Origin: a virus
Lineage: Duplodnaviria > Caudoviricetes
IMG/VR virus record: IMGVR_UViG_3300048079_000081
Span: 1-61,789 of that record
Reading direction: 5' to 3' (one strand)
Length of the DNA stretch: 61,789 bases
How positions within the stretch are numbered: position 1 is the stretch's first letter; every line of letters starts with the position of its first letter. The position numbers and the translations under genes are program-made. The notes under the pieces are model-generated. The model searched no databases, was not told where the DNA came from, and was given only the letters and a program-made list of their open reading frames with translations. Below are positions 17,893-27,393 of the stretch, in pieces.

Positions 17893-19020
17893 ATGTCCGT
17901 CTTTCCTCGACCTCCCGATCCGGTCACCAAGGCCCACCTCTTCATCGGCGAGCCCATCGTCGAGTTCGCGCCGAAGCTGGCGTCGGGCGCCTTCAACCCG
18001 TTCCGCTCGCTCGGCATCTTCGACGCCGCCGAGATCCAGAAGACGATCGAGCTCGCGACGCTGCGCAACAGCGCGTCGGGCGTGTCACGCCTCGAGCGCG
18101 AGATCGTGCGGCTCTTCGAAGGCCGGCTCCAGCTCACCGTGTTCAACTTCACCGAAGAGAACATGCAGCTCTTCATGGCGGCGAGCGCGATCACTGCGGT
18201 GACGGCTGGCACCGTCGGCGTGGTCAACGAGGAGTTCCAGCTCACCTCCGACGACCGCGACTTCATCGGCCTTCGCAACATGCTGATCGCCGAGCCGCTG
18301 ACCGGGCTCGACGTGCAGACCATCACCCTCGAAGCGGTGGGCATCGGCCAGGGTGGCACCTTCGGCCAGACGCTCGGCGACTTCACGCTGGACTTCCCCA
18401 TCAAGGTCATCGGAGACGTGCCGACCACCCTCGGGAAGATCCAGTATTTCCACGACGGCGTGAGCATCACCGATCTCGTGCCGGCGAAGACGCTGGTTGG
18501 CGGGAACCCGCCGGTTCCGATCGCGAACCAGATCGGGATCAATACGGGCGCCGTCGCCAACTCGGGAAAGATCATCTACTTCGCCGGCGAGGCCCCGGCG
18601 GCGGGCGTGGTCATCACCGTGACCTACACGCCCAGCTTCTCGCAGACGGCCGGCGACTTCGTGGCGAACACCGACTACTTCCAGGACCCGATTCCGGGCC
18701 GCGTGCGCGTGAAGTTCGGGCTCAAGCTCAAGGCCGGCGAGAAGCTCCTGGCCGATTACAACTACACGGCGATCGACCACGACGAGATCAAGCCGTACAC
18801 CCAGCTCTCCGGCTTCAACGGCAAGGCCAGGATCTCGCACCTCCCGGACGTGGGCATCAACTTCGTCTGGGACATCCCGGACGTGACGGTTCGGATCACC
18901 GACGACGCCTTCGCGTGGAACCGCGACGACTTCGCCACGGGCGCCCTCTCCATGGTGTTCAACGACGCCGGCGGGACCGCGCCCTTCGGCACCATGAGTC
19001 TGTACGAGGAGACGCCGTAG
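17893..19020 (+). CDS. major tail tube protein with internal extra domains
   Basis: Position; LFIG..IVEF...LG N-terminus and APFG C-terminus; 375 aa. Confidence 0.75.
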   Translation: MSVFPRPPDPVTKAHLFIGEPIVEFAPKLASGAFNPFRSLGIFDAAEIQKTIELATLRNSASGVSRLEREIVRLFEGRLQLTVFNFTEENMQLFMAASAITAVTAGTVGVVNEEFQLTSDDRDFIGLRNMLIAEPLTGLDVQTITLEAVGIGQGGTFGQTLGDFTLDFPIKVIGDVPTTLGKIQYFHDGVSITDLVPAKTLVGGNPPVPIANQIGINTGAVANSGKIIYFAGEAPAAGVVITVTYTPSFSQTAGDFVANTDYFQDPIPGRVRVKFGLKLKAGEKLLADYNYTAIDHDEIKPYTQLSGFNGKARISHLPDVGINFVWDIPDVTVRITDDAFAWNRDDFATGALSMVFNDAGGTAPFGTMSLYEETP

Positions 19021-19064
19021 CGTCGCGCTCCGATAGCGCGAAGTGGAGAAGGGGAGGGGAAAAG

Positions 19065-19520
19065 ATGGGTAGCGCGCTGGCTCTACTCGCGCAGGGAGAG
19101 CTCCACACCGCCGACGCCCTCGACTCGGGGCTCTTGAGCGGTACCGCCATCGCCGCCGCGCCGTTCACCGTCCCGGCAGGAGAACGCTGGGTGCCGCGAC
19201 TCGTTACGGTGCGGTGGGTGTCGAGCGCCGGCGTCGGAAACCGTCTGGTCACGGCTCGCTTCCGCGACAGCGCGGACGCGGTGTTGGCGGCGATGGTGGC
19301 GCCGGCCCAGGCGGCGAGCCTCACCATCCACGACTACTTCACCGCTGGGGTGTTCGCCGACGAGGTTGCGGTCGTGGGCGGCTCCATCATCCTGCGGCTG
19401 CCGCAGTTCTTCGTGATGGAAGCGGGCGAGGACCTCGTGGTGCTCGACACGGCTGCGGTCGACGGAGCACTCGATACGGCCCGGGTCCGGCTCAACTACC
19501 AGAAGATCTCCGTGGTCTAG
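19065..19520 (+). CDS. tail-associated paralog 1
   Basis: LSGTAIAAAPFTVPAGERW...GNR...AGED...DG..D.AR shared with next two genes. Confidence 0.8.
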   Translation: MGSALALLAQGELHTADALDSGLLSGTAIAAAPFTVPAGERWVPRLVTVRWVSSAGVGNRLVTARFRDSADAVLAAMVAPAQAASLTIHDYFTAGVFADEVAVVGGSIILRLPQFFVMEAGEDLVVLDTAAVDGALDTARVRLNYQKISVV

Positions 19521-19523
19521 TTC

Positions 19524-19988
19524 GTGACTTCCTGGGGTCGTTTCGCTGCCAACTCGCTGCTCCTCGAGACTGCCGACAGTGGCGTCCTCAGTGGGACGGC
19601 CCTCGCGGCGGCGCCTTTCACGGTGCCGGTGGGTCAGCGGTGGCTGCTGCTCTCGCTCATCCTGCGCTATCAGGCGAGCGCCAACGTCGGGAACCGCACG
19701 CCCGCCTACCAAGTGCGTGACGCGGCGGACGTGGTGGTGCTGGCGGCGCAGTCTTCGATCGCCCTGACGGCGAGCCAGCACGTCAACATCTTCTTTCAAG
19801 AGCTACTCGCACGAGACGCGGCCAATTTTGGCAGCGTGGCGGGGCTGATGACCATCAATCAGATTTTCCACGGACCGCTCCAGCTCGACGCCGGCGAAGA
19901 CGTGCGCTTCCTCGACGTAGCGAACATCGACGGCGCTGGCGATTCTGCGCGAGGGCTGGTCGTGTTCCAACGGCTCGCCGCCGTCTAG
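19524..19988 (+). CDS. tail-associated paralog 2
   Basis: LSGTALAAAPFTVPVGQRW...GNR...AGEDVRF..NIDGAGDSARG. Confidence 0.8.
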   Translation: MTSWGRFAANSLLLETADSGVLSGTALAAAPFTVPVGQRWLLLSLILRYQASANVGNRTPAYQVRDAADVVVLAAQSSIALTASQHVNIFFQELLARDAANFGSVAGLMTINQIFHGPLQLDAGEDVRFLDVANIDGAGDSARGLVVFQRLAAV

Positions 19989-19997
19989 GAGACTCAT

Positions 19998-20474
19998 TTG
20001 CCTTCCTGGGGCCGCTACGCCGCCGAACCGCTGCTGGTCGAGATGGAGAAGACCGCGCTCCTCTCGGGCACGGCGATTGCCGCGGCTCCGCTCATGGTGC
20101 CCGCGGGTGAGCGGTGGATCGTGCTCTGGCTTTGTCTTCGGTGGATCGCGAGCGCCAACGCGGGGAACCGGCAGCTCGCCTACCAGCTCCGCGACGAATC
20201 CAACGTGGTGCTCTTCGCCTTGCAGAACGGCACGAGCGGCGCCGCGTTCAACCAAACCGCGAGCCAGGGCATCAACTGGTTTTATCAGAGCCGGAACGTG
20301 AGGGATGTGGTGGTCTCTGGCGGCACCAGCGGTTTTGGCGTGGTGAATCAGTTCTTCCCGGCGCCGTTCGTGCTCGGCGCCGGCCAAGACATCCGCTTCT
20401 TCGACAACTCGAACATCGACGGCGCTGGCGACACCGCCAGAGGCTCCGCCGCGATCTTGCGCGTCGGGCTTTAG
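19998..20474 (+). CDS. tail-associated paralog 3
   Basis: LSGTAIAAAPLMVPAGERW...GNR...AGQDIRF..NIDGAGDTARG. Confidence 0.8.
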   Translation: MPSWGRYAAEPLLVEMEKTALLSGTAIAAAPLMVPAGERWIVLWLCLRWIASANAGNRQLAYQLRDESNVVLFALQNGTSGAAFNQTASQGINWFYQSRNVRDVVVSGGTSGFGVVNQFFPAPFVLGAGQDIRFFDNSNIDGAGDTARGSAAILRVGL

Positions 20475-20528
20475 AGGTCGCGCTCCAAGAGCACGAGCTG
20501 CTAGGCTCCTCCTGAGAAGGGGGAGTTC

Positions 20529-21071
20529 ATGCCGAAACGCGCCAACGGCCCGCCCGCCAGCATCATCCTTCCCGAACGCGAGGTGCGCCTGCTCTCGGGC
20601 GCCTACGTCACCGTACGCCCCTGGCCGATCCGCAAGGGCCGGCTGCTCGTGGATCGGGTGATCGCTCTCGTCGAGCGGCTCCTCGAGCACCGCCGCGCCG
20701 AGGCGGCCGCCGCACCGGGCTCCGCCCCCCGCCGTGTGGCGCTCGCGACCGACCTCCTCGACGTCGCCTTCGAGGAGGTATTCGGCATCGTCCGGGACAC
20801 GGTGGACTACTCCGACGAGCAGATGGAGGCGCTCACCTTCGAGGACCTCCTGACCCTGACCGAGGCCGTCCTGGAGGTCTGCCTGATCCGAGGCGAGGAT
20901 GGCGGCGTGTTGGGAAAACTGGCAAGGCTCGTCGATCGGACGGGCCTGCTCGTCAGCCGGATGGCAGCGTCGATCCAGAGGACGCAGACCGGCTCCTCCT
21001 CGAAGCCATCGACTTCCTCGTCGGGCAGGGATACGACCGCGATGACCTCCTCGGGCGGTGCTCGGCGGTAG
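20529..21071 (+). CDS. tail assembly chaperone (short form)
   Basis: Upstream of tape measure; in-frame slippery heptamer at LGK. Confidence 0.8.
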   Translation: MPKRANGPPASIILPEREVRLLSGAYVTVRPWPIRKGRLLVDRVIALVERLLEHRRAEAAAAPGSAPRRVALATDLLDVAFEEVFGIVRDTVDYSDEQMEALTFEDLLTLTEAVLEVCLIRGEDGGVLGKLARLVDRTGLLVSRMAASIQRTQTGSSSKPSTSSSGRDTTAMTSSGGARR

Positions 21072-21379
21072 AGATCGCGGCCTACGCCCAGGCCGCCTCG
21101 AAGCGACACGCCCGGGACCTCGTGACGCTCGGTCACCTCGTCGCGTTAGGGGTCCGGGTCGGCTTCACGGGCAAGCGGGAGCCGCTCGTGGCGCTTGCGA
21201 GGCGGCTCGAAACGGAGCACGATGGCACACCGGCGGGCCTGCGGAAGTCTCTGCGGGAGCTCGTGGCGTCCGGCCAGGTGAGGGTGGTGAAGGGTGGCGC
21301 TCTCCGTCGGCGAATTGGCGGTCGAGCTCGAGGCGAAAACCCAGGCGTTCAACGCCCGCCTGACGGAGGCGGAGCGTAG
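20912..21379 (+). other. programmed -1 frameshift site (G GGA AAA, 20912-20918) and extended chaperone frame
   Basis: -1 frame open from the heptamer to stop 21379 (…LLLEAIDFLVGQGYDRDDLL…). Confidence 0.8.
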
Positions 21380-23486
21380 GCTCACACGCTTCGAGAAAAC
21401 CGCCAAGACGACCACGGCTGGCGCTGCCTCGTCTCTCACGCGCCTTCGGGGCTCTGTGACCGCCCTGGCGGCCGGTTTCGGGACGGTGGTGGCGGCCCTG
21501 GGCGTGGGCGGCGTCGCCCGGGCGGCGAAGGCCGCGGCCGAGGAGCTCGACCGGATCGGGGAGACGGCCGACCGCCTGGGCCTCACGACCGACGCCCTCC
21601 AGGAGCTCCAATTCGCGGCGGCCGGCGCCGACGTCTCGAACGAGCAGCTCGCCTCTTCGCTCCAGTTCCTCTCGCGGACCATCGGCCAGGCCCGGGCCGG
21701 CTCCGGGGCGCTCGCCACGATCCTCAAACGGACGAATCCCGAGCTACTCCAACAACTTACGACCACGACGGACCTCGAGCGCCAATTCGGGCTGATGACC
21801 CAGGCGATCTCCGGGGCGGCGAACCAGCAGGACGCGCTGGCCCTCTCGGCGGCCGGCTTCGGGCGCGGCGCCGGTGCCAAGCTCGCCACGGTGGCACTCC
21901 AGGGCGCGGACGCCTTCGAGAAGCTCCGGCAGCGGGCCCGCGATGCGGGGGTGGTGTTCGACGAGGCGATCGTTCGGGACGCCGGCGCCGCCGCCGACGA
22001 GCTCGAGCTCCTGAGCCGTATCCTCCAGGCGAACCTCCAACAGGCGCTCCTAAGCGCCACCCCGCTCCTCGTGAGTTTCTCAGAACAGATGGCCGAAGCG
22101 GCCCAGGGTGCCAGCCTCCTCTTCGACCTCTTCCGGGACGTGGGTGCCCGCTCCACCAAGAACCTCGAGATTCAGCTCGGCATGGCGATCGGGCGCGTCG
22201 AGGAGCTCGAGGTGGCCCTGCGCAAGGCGCAGGCGCAGAGCCAGGGCTTCTTCGGCCGCATCGGACTGGTTGTGTTGGACGAGCCCGGCATCCAGCTGGG
22301 GCTCAAGGCGGCGCGTCAGGAAGTGACCAAGCTCCAGGCCGAGCTCCAGCGGCGAGCGGCGGCGGCCGCGGCGCGGCAGGGTGGCGGCGTGGACGGCGCC
22401 ACGCCGATCGACTTCGAGGCCCGGGACCGGGCGCGCAAAGAGGCGGAAGAGGCCGAGAAGCGCAGCGGCGAGGAGCGGGTCCGCAACGCCGAGCGCCTCG
22501 TGGACCTCGAGCGCCAGCTCCGAATCGAGCGCCTCGAGCAGGAGGAGCCGCTCAAGGCGCAGATTCAGGCGATCAACGACCAGATCGAGGACCTCGAGAA
22601 GCTCAACCTCGACGAGGCCGGCCGCGCGCAGGCCAACACGCTGATCCGGGACCTCCAGCAGCAACAGGCCGACCTCGAGCAGCGGATCTCCGACGCCCGC
22701 TTCACCGAAAAGGAAGGGCTCGACGCGCTCAAGGGGCCCCTGGCCGTGCTCGCCGAGCTCGACGCCGACCGGGCGCGGGACATCAAGGCGCAGACGGCTG
22801 CCCGCCTCGCCGAGGCGACGGGCGTCGAGGAGCGGGCCGACATCGTGCGCGGCGGCGTGGCGCAGGCGGAGGCGAGCGCCGAGGACGCCCAGGAGGCCCT
22901 CAAGATCGACGTAGGCGAGGCCGTTGGCCAGGGCTTCGCCTCGGGCATCCGCAACGCGCTCAAGGATGCGGCCCGGGGCGAGGTGCCGGAGTTCGCGGAT
23001 GTGCTCCAGGAGCTCTCGACCTCGGCCCTCGACACGGCGATCGATTCCATGACCAAGGGCCTGGACAAGGCGCTCGAGGCCATCTTCGACAAGCTCGCGG
23101 CCTCGTCGTTGGGCGCGGCGGGGGAAGGCTCCCAAGGGGCGCTCGCTGGCGCGCTGGGCGTCGGGCTGGCTCTGGCCGCGGGGGCCCTGCGCGACACCGA
23201 ATCGAGCGTGCGCCGCGAGTCGATCCGCTCGGCCGTGACGGACACGCAGGAGCTCCGGGGCGTGGTCGCCGGCCCGACCGACGTGGCGATTTTCCAGGTG
23301 GGCGAGAGCATCGAGCAGGGCTTCGTGCCGGTCGCCAATCTCCTGACGGTGACGAACACGATCCTGCGCGGCATCCTCACGGCCGTGCAAACCGAGGTTG
23401 CCGGCGGCGCGACGACTTCGGTCAAGGCGATGGTCGAGGCGGCCGCCGCTGAGCTCGCCGCGACGACTTCACCCAGCCTGAGCTAA
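21294..23486 (+). CDS. tape measure protein
   Basis: VGELAVELEA N-terminus, D.IG..ADRLG.TT..LQEL.FAA...; 730 aa helical. Confidence 0.9.
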   Translation: MALSVGELAVELEAKTQAFNARLTEAERRLTRFEKTAKTTTAGAASSLTRLRGSVTALAAGFGTVVAALGVGGVARAAKAAAEELDRIGETADRLGLTTDALQELQFAAAGADVSNEQLASSLQFLSRTIGQARAGSGALATILKRTNPELLQQLTTTTDLERQFGLMTQAISGAANQQDALALSAAGFGRGAGAKLATVALQGADAFEKLRQRARDAGVVFDEAIVRDAGAAADELELLSRILQANLQQALLSATPLLVSFSEQMAEAAQGASLLFDLFRDVGARSTKNLEIQLGMAIGRVEELEVALRKAQAQSQGFFGRIGLVVLDEPGIQLGLKAARQEVTKLQAELQRRAAAAAARQGGGVDGATPIDFEARDRARKEAEEAEKRSGEERVRNAERLVDLERQLRIERLEQEEPLKAQIQAINDQIEDLEKLNLDEAGRAQANTLIRDLQQQQADLEQRISDARFTEKEGLDALKGPLAVLAELDADRARDIKAQTAARLAEATGVEERADIVRGGVAQAEASAEDAQEALKIDVGEAVGQGFASGIRNALKDAARGEVPEFADVLQELSTSALDTAIDSMTKGLDKALEAIFDKLAASSLGAAGEGSQGALAGALGVGLALAAGALRDTESSVRRESIRSAVTDTQELRGVVAGPTDVAIFQVGESIEQGFVPVANLLTVTNTILRGILTAVQTEVAGGATTSVKAMVEAAAAELAATTSPSLS

Positions 23487-23514
23487 CCGCGCCGCGCGCG
23501 CGAAGGAGGCAACG

Positions 23515-24015
23515 ATGGCAGAGGAGAACGGCAACGGAACGGAGGACTCGGGTGCGATGCGCGACGTTCCGGTGGGTTCGCAGGAGATTGCGCTCCAGGA
23601 GCGCGAGGACGAGGCGCAGGCCAAGGCGCCCGCGCTCCCGGAGAGCGATGGCGCCGGCCCGGCCAAGGAGGCGCCGCCGGCGCCGCCCAAGAAGGGCGCG
23701 CTGCACATCGAACGCGGGCACCTCGAGATCCGGCTGACCGAGCACAGCTACCACGAGATCCGGCTGGCCGACCTCTCGGCCAAGGGCGACACCACGGGGC
23801 TCCTGCTCTACGCCATGGTGCTCCAGCTCTTCGACGTGACGCGCGGGCTCGCGGCCGTGGCGCACAACGCCGGCGCCGGAGCGCAGCTCCTCGCCAAGAT
23901 CGAAGCGGCGGGACGGCAGCAGTCCGCCCAGGACGCCACGGCGCTCGCGGCGCGAACCATGGACCAGCTCTTCGATACCTTCGAGCGGCGCACGGGCCAC
24001 AAGATCAACCGCTAG
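23515..24015 (+). CDS. hypothetical protein in tail module
   Basis: SD AAGGAGG; acidic disordered N-terminus with two palindrome copies. Confidence 0.7.
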   Translation: MAEENGNGTEDSGAMRDVPVGSQEIALQEREDEAQAKAPALPESDGAGPAKEAPPAPPKKGALHIERGHLEIRLTEHSYHEIRLADLSAKGDTTGLLLYAMVLQLFDVTRGLAAVAHNAGAGAQLLAKIEAAGRQQSAQDATALAARTMDQLFDTFERRTGHKINR

Positions 24016-24047
24016 AGATCGCGCTCCGAGAGCGCGAGTGGGGCACC

Positions 24048-25712
24048 GTGGCCCTCTCAGTCACGCAGATCCGCGACCTCTTCGACGCCAACGGAACCGG
24101 CGCCGGCGCCGGCGGCGGCTTGTGCGACGAAGCCGTGGTGGGCAACTTCCAAGCCGGGACGATCCGGCGGCCGGTGGTCCAAGGCGGTGGTTCGGACAAC
24201 CCACCCAACCGCTACTACGACCGGCTCGACCGACTCTACTTGCGGCTCAACACGCCAGGCGGTTCCCTGGCCGCGGGCTACATCGACCCCCTCTTCCTCA
24301 ACGGCGTCGTGCCAAACTCCCAGGGCTTCACGAACGACGCAGGCGGCGGCGAGTCGTGGTTCATCGGCGAATGGAACCGGGTGGCGAACACCCAGAAGCT
24401 CTACCGGGCACCCACGGGCGGCGGCTCGAACCTGTTCATCGAAGTGAACCCGCTCACGCTTGCGGTACTTAGCAGCGAGGTGTACGAGTTCACCGGGCCG
24501 GTCGGGCGCAAGACTGGATTCGGCGGCGGCACCGATGGCGTCAACGCCACCGTCGGGTGGTGGAATAGTACCGGGCTCTCGCCTTCGACCACGACCGCCT
24601 CTGGCGCCGTCCTCTTCGAGTCGCTCGACTACATGCTGGTGGTGGGCGCGCTGCGCCACACCGACGCGACCGTCTACCAGAACACTCTGCTCAAGGTGAA
24701 ACTCTCCACCGGGCGCGCGGTGGTGTTCGGGCTCGACGACGGCGTGGGCGACCTTGCCGGGAAACACGTGCCTGTCCGCTACTCGGCGAGCCCCAACCAG
24801 TTCCAGGCCCAGCCGCTCTTCGGGGATACGGTGAACCTGTTCTTTATCCAATTCGTCCCAGACGACGATTCGACGCCGCTCTTGCCCAAGGGCTTCCTCG
24901 TGTTCTGCCCGGACAACGTGATCGGCTCGACGCCCGAGCGCCTCTACGTCAAGATGGTCGAGTTCAACCCTTTCAACGTGTCGGGCGTGCCGAATCGCGT
25001 GCACAAGCGCGAGCTCCTCCTGTCGCGCTTCGAGCTCACGGAGAACCAGAGCCCGCCCAACGCGACCGGGCTCTACGGCATCGTCTCTGGCCCGGCGCCT
25101 TTCTTCTACCACCCGCCCTCGCGGACGCTGCGGATGTTCTACGTGGACAACGGCTACAGTCCGGTGCTGGCCGTGGTCGCGGGCGACGTGCAGGGTCTCT
25201 CCATCGCCGTGAACCCGACGATCTCCCAGGTGCTATCGCCGACGGCCCTCTCGACGCCGGAGACGATCAAGACGGTGCGATTCGCTACCCAGGCGCTCGG
25301 CTCGCTCGGCGAAGCGGTCGGCGCGGCTCAAGTCACATGGACCCTCGAGCGTGTCTCCACCTTCGGCGAGGCTCTCAGCACCACGTTCCCGGGCACGGCG
25401 CAGCTCGTCAACTTCCCGGTGGACCTCGCCACGCTGGTCGTCGTCAAGAACGGCACGATCACGCTCGTCGAGGGCGTGGACTACTCCGTCAACTACTCGA
25501 CCGGGCTCCTCACGTGGATCATCAACCACAGCGGTGCGGTAACCATGGTGGCGAGCTACGAACATCGCCAGGACCCGGCGACGCCGCCGCACGGCACGCT
25601 GCTGCTCTCGACCTCGCAGAGCGACGTGAACGGAGAGGCGATCACGGAGGTGCGCTACCCGGACAACGCCAGCCTCGTGGGAGAGCTCGACAAGCTCACG
25701 GCGACCGCCTGA
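24048..25712 (+). CDS. putative tail protein (554 aa)
   Basis: Beta-rich; L.EGVDYSVNY..G motif near C-terminus. Confidence 0.7.
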   Translation: MALSVTQIRDLFDANGTGAGAGGGLCDEAVVGNFQAGTIRRPVVQGGGSDNPPNRYYDRLDRLYLRLNTPGGSLAAGYIDPLFLNGVVPNSQGFTNDAGGGESWFIGEWNRVANTQKLYRAPTGGGSNLFIEVNPLTLAVLSSEVYEFTGPVGRKTGFGGGTDGVNATVGWWNSTGLSPSTTTASGAVLFESLDYMLVVGALRHTDATVYQNTLLKVKLSTGRAVVFGLDDGVGDLAGKHVPVRYSASPNQFQAQPLFGDTVNLFFIQFVPDDDSTPLLPKGFLVFCPDNVIGSTPERLYVKMVEFNPFNVSGVPNRVHKRELLLSRFELTENQSPPNATGLYGIVSGPAPFFYHPPSRTLRMFYVDNGYSPVLAVVAGDVQGLSIAVNPTISQVLSPTALSTPETIKTVRFATQALGSLGEAVGAAQVTWTLERVSTFGEALSTTFPGTAQLVNFPVDLATLVVVKNGTITLVEGVDYSVNYSTGLLTWIINHSGAVTMVASYEHRQDPATPPHGTLLLSTSQSDVNGEAITEVRYPDNASLVGELDKLTATA

Positions 25713-26773
25713 TGGCGACGGGGGCCCAGCACTTCTACTACCTCTCGGGCGGCGCCTCGAACACGGACCCGAACGCGGCGCTCGGCGGCGCGCGCTCCAC
25801 GGTGGTGCCGGCGGGCCAGCTCCACTATCACCAGGGCACGCTCACGGCGACCCAGACGAGCCGGCAACGGTTCCTGGGATCGACGGGCGTCTCGGGCGTG
25901 GTAGCCGGGGACCTCGTGCTTTTCGCGACCGGCGGGAACGCGCTCCAGGTCGCCGAGGTGGCATCCTACAACTCGGGCACCGGCGAGTTCGTGCTGCTCG
26001 AGGGCACGGTGGGGCTCGCCACTCTCGGCGACACATACCGGCTCCACCACGAGAACAACCTGTTCGACGACGTGAGCGCGGCGCAGTGTGCGGCGGGCCA
26101 CGTGGACCACCGGTGCCTCTACGTGCGGAACGAGAGCGGCGCGGTCATCACGACGGGCCGGCTCTACTTCTCCGGCCTCGACGGCGGGGGTGCGGGGGTA
26201 GAGCTCGCGGCGGACGATACGGTCGATTCGGTCATCCCCTCCATTGGCACCGAGACGACGGCGCCGGACCTCTCGACCTTCGCCACGGGCGGCGGGATCT
26301 TCCACCGGCCCACGACCTATGCGGACTCCATGCAGCCGCTCCCCCAAGGCGCGAACATGAGCAACAACCAGCACCGGGGCTTCTGGATCAGGCGCACCGT
26401 GTCGGCGGGCCAGGCCAAGCGGCGCAAGGCGGTGGTGTTGGCCGTCCACCTCGGCGTGGAAGGAAGCGCTGGGGCCGGGGCCGCCGTGCTCTCGTGGACC
26501 ATGGACGGCTTCACGCTGGCGCTCGAGGTGATCCGCGACCGCTTTCAACACGTCCGAGGCGGCGGGCGGTTCACCGCCGTGGCAACGGCGCAGGAGACGG
26601 GCCTCCCGGTGGCCGACCAGCCGATCGGGTGGACCCTCACCGGGCCCGGCTCGATCTTCCCGGGAGCCGACGAACGGACCGACGAGGAGGGGCTCAACAC
26701 GATCCCGTACCACGCGAGCATCCTCCAGGGCGACGCGGGGGCTGCCGTGACGGTGACGGCGAAGGGGATCTAG
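25712..26773 (+). CDS. putative tail protein
   Basis: LSGGASN.DPNA.LGG...NNLFDDVS...G..DHRC.YV.N virion-protein pattern. Confidence 0.75.
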   Translation: MATGAQHFYYLSGGASNTDPNAALGGARSTVVPAGQLHYHQGTLTATQTSRQRFLGSTGVSGVVAGDLVLFATGGNALQVAEVASYNSGTGEFVLLEGTVGLATLGDTYRLHHENNLFDDVSAAQCAAGHVDHRCLYVRNESGAVITTGRLYFSGLDGGGAGVELAADDTVDSVIPSIGTETTAPDLSTFATGGGIFHRPTTYADSMQPLPQGANMSNNQHRGFWIRRTVSAGQAKRRKAVVLAVHLGVEGSAGAGAAVLSWTMDGFTLALEVIRDRFQHVRGGGRFTAVATAQETGLPVADQPIGWTLTGPGSIFPGADERTDEEGLNTIPYHASILQGDAGAAVTVTAKGI

Positions 26774-27393
26774 TGCCGACCTCCTCCCGCATCTACTCGA
26801 TCTTCGCCGGGTCGCCCGTGAGCGCGCCGCTGGGCGTCACGCTCATCGGCATCGGGTCACCGGCCACCACGGGGGCGCGGCGGCGGCTCGTGCACCCCGA
26901 CTCCGCCGTGGTGCCGGTGACCTACTTCTCCAACCCGGACGAAACGGACAACTTCGACCTCGAGCCGCTGCCGCGCCCGGACGCGATGGCACTCAAGACG
27001 TTGACCGGGACCCGCGTGGTGCGCTTCGAGGAGACGCTCGAGGACGTAATCGTCACGGAGCGGTGGATCGGCGAAGGCGCGAAGGCGGCGATGCCCAGCT
27101 TCTTCTTCCGCCAGCTCTACAACGTGTGGCTCAACCCGCCCGACCTATCGGTGAGCAACCCCGTCTACGTCCAGTGGGAACCGCGCGATTGGGGGACCAT
27201 CGTCTACAACGTGGAGCTCCTGAGCCTCACGGCTGGGGGCGACGCCCAGCTCCAGGCGACCGAGCTCCTGGCCCAGGGTGGGAAGTTCGACGGCGGCACC
27301 TTCGAGGCGCCACTCGACCCGCTCAACGCCCTGCGCACCGGGCTCGTGCCGAAGACGGTCGAGCTCACCATGCGGATCGTCTCCGAGGTCTAG
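26773..27393 (+). CDS. putative distal tail protein
   Basis: TAGTG overlap; position before hub-like gene. Confidence 0.6.
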   Translation: MPTSSRIYSIFAGSPVSAPLGVTLIGIGSPATTGARRRLVHPDSAVVPVTYFSNPDETDNFDLEPLPRPDAMALKTLTGTRVVRFEETLEDVIVTERWIGEGAKAAMPSFFFRQLYNVWLNPPDLSVSNPVYVQWEPRDWGTIVYNVELLSLTAGGDAQLQATELLAQGGKFDGGTFEAPLDPLNALRTGLVPKTVELTMRIVSEV

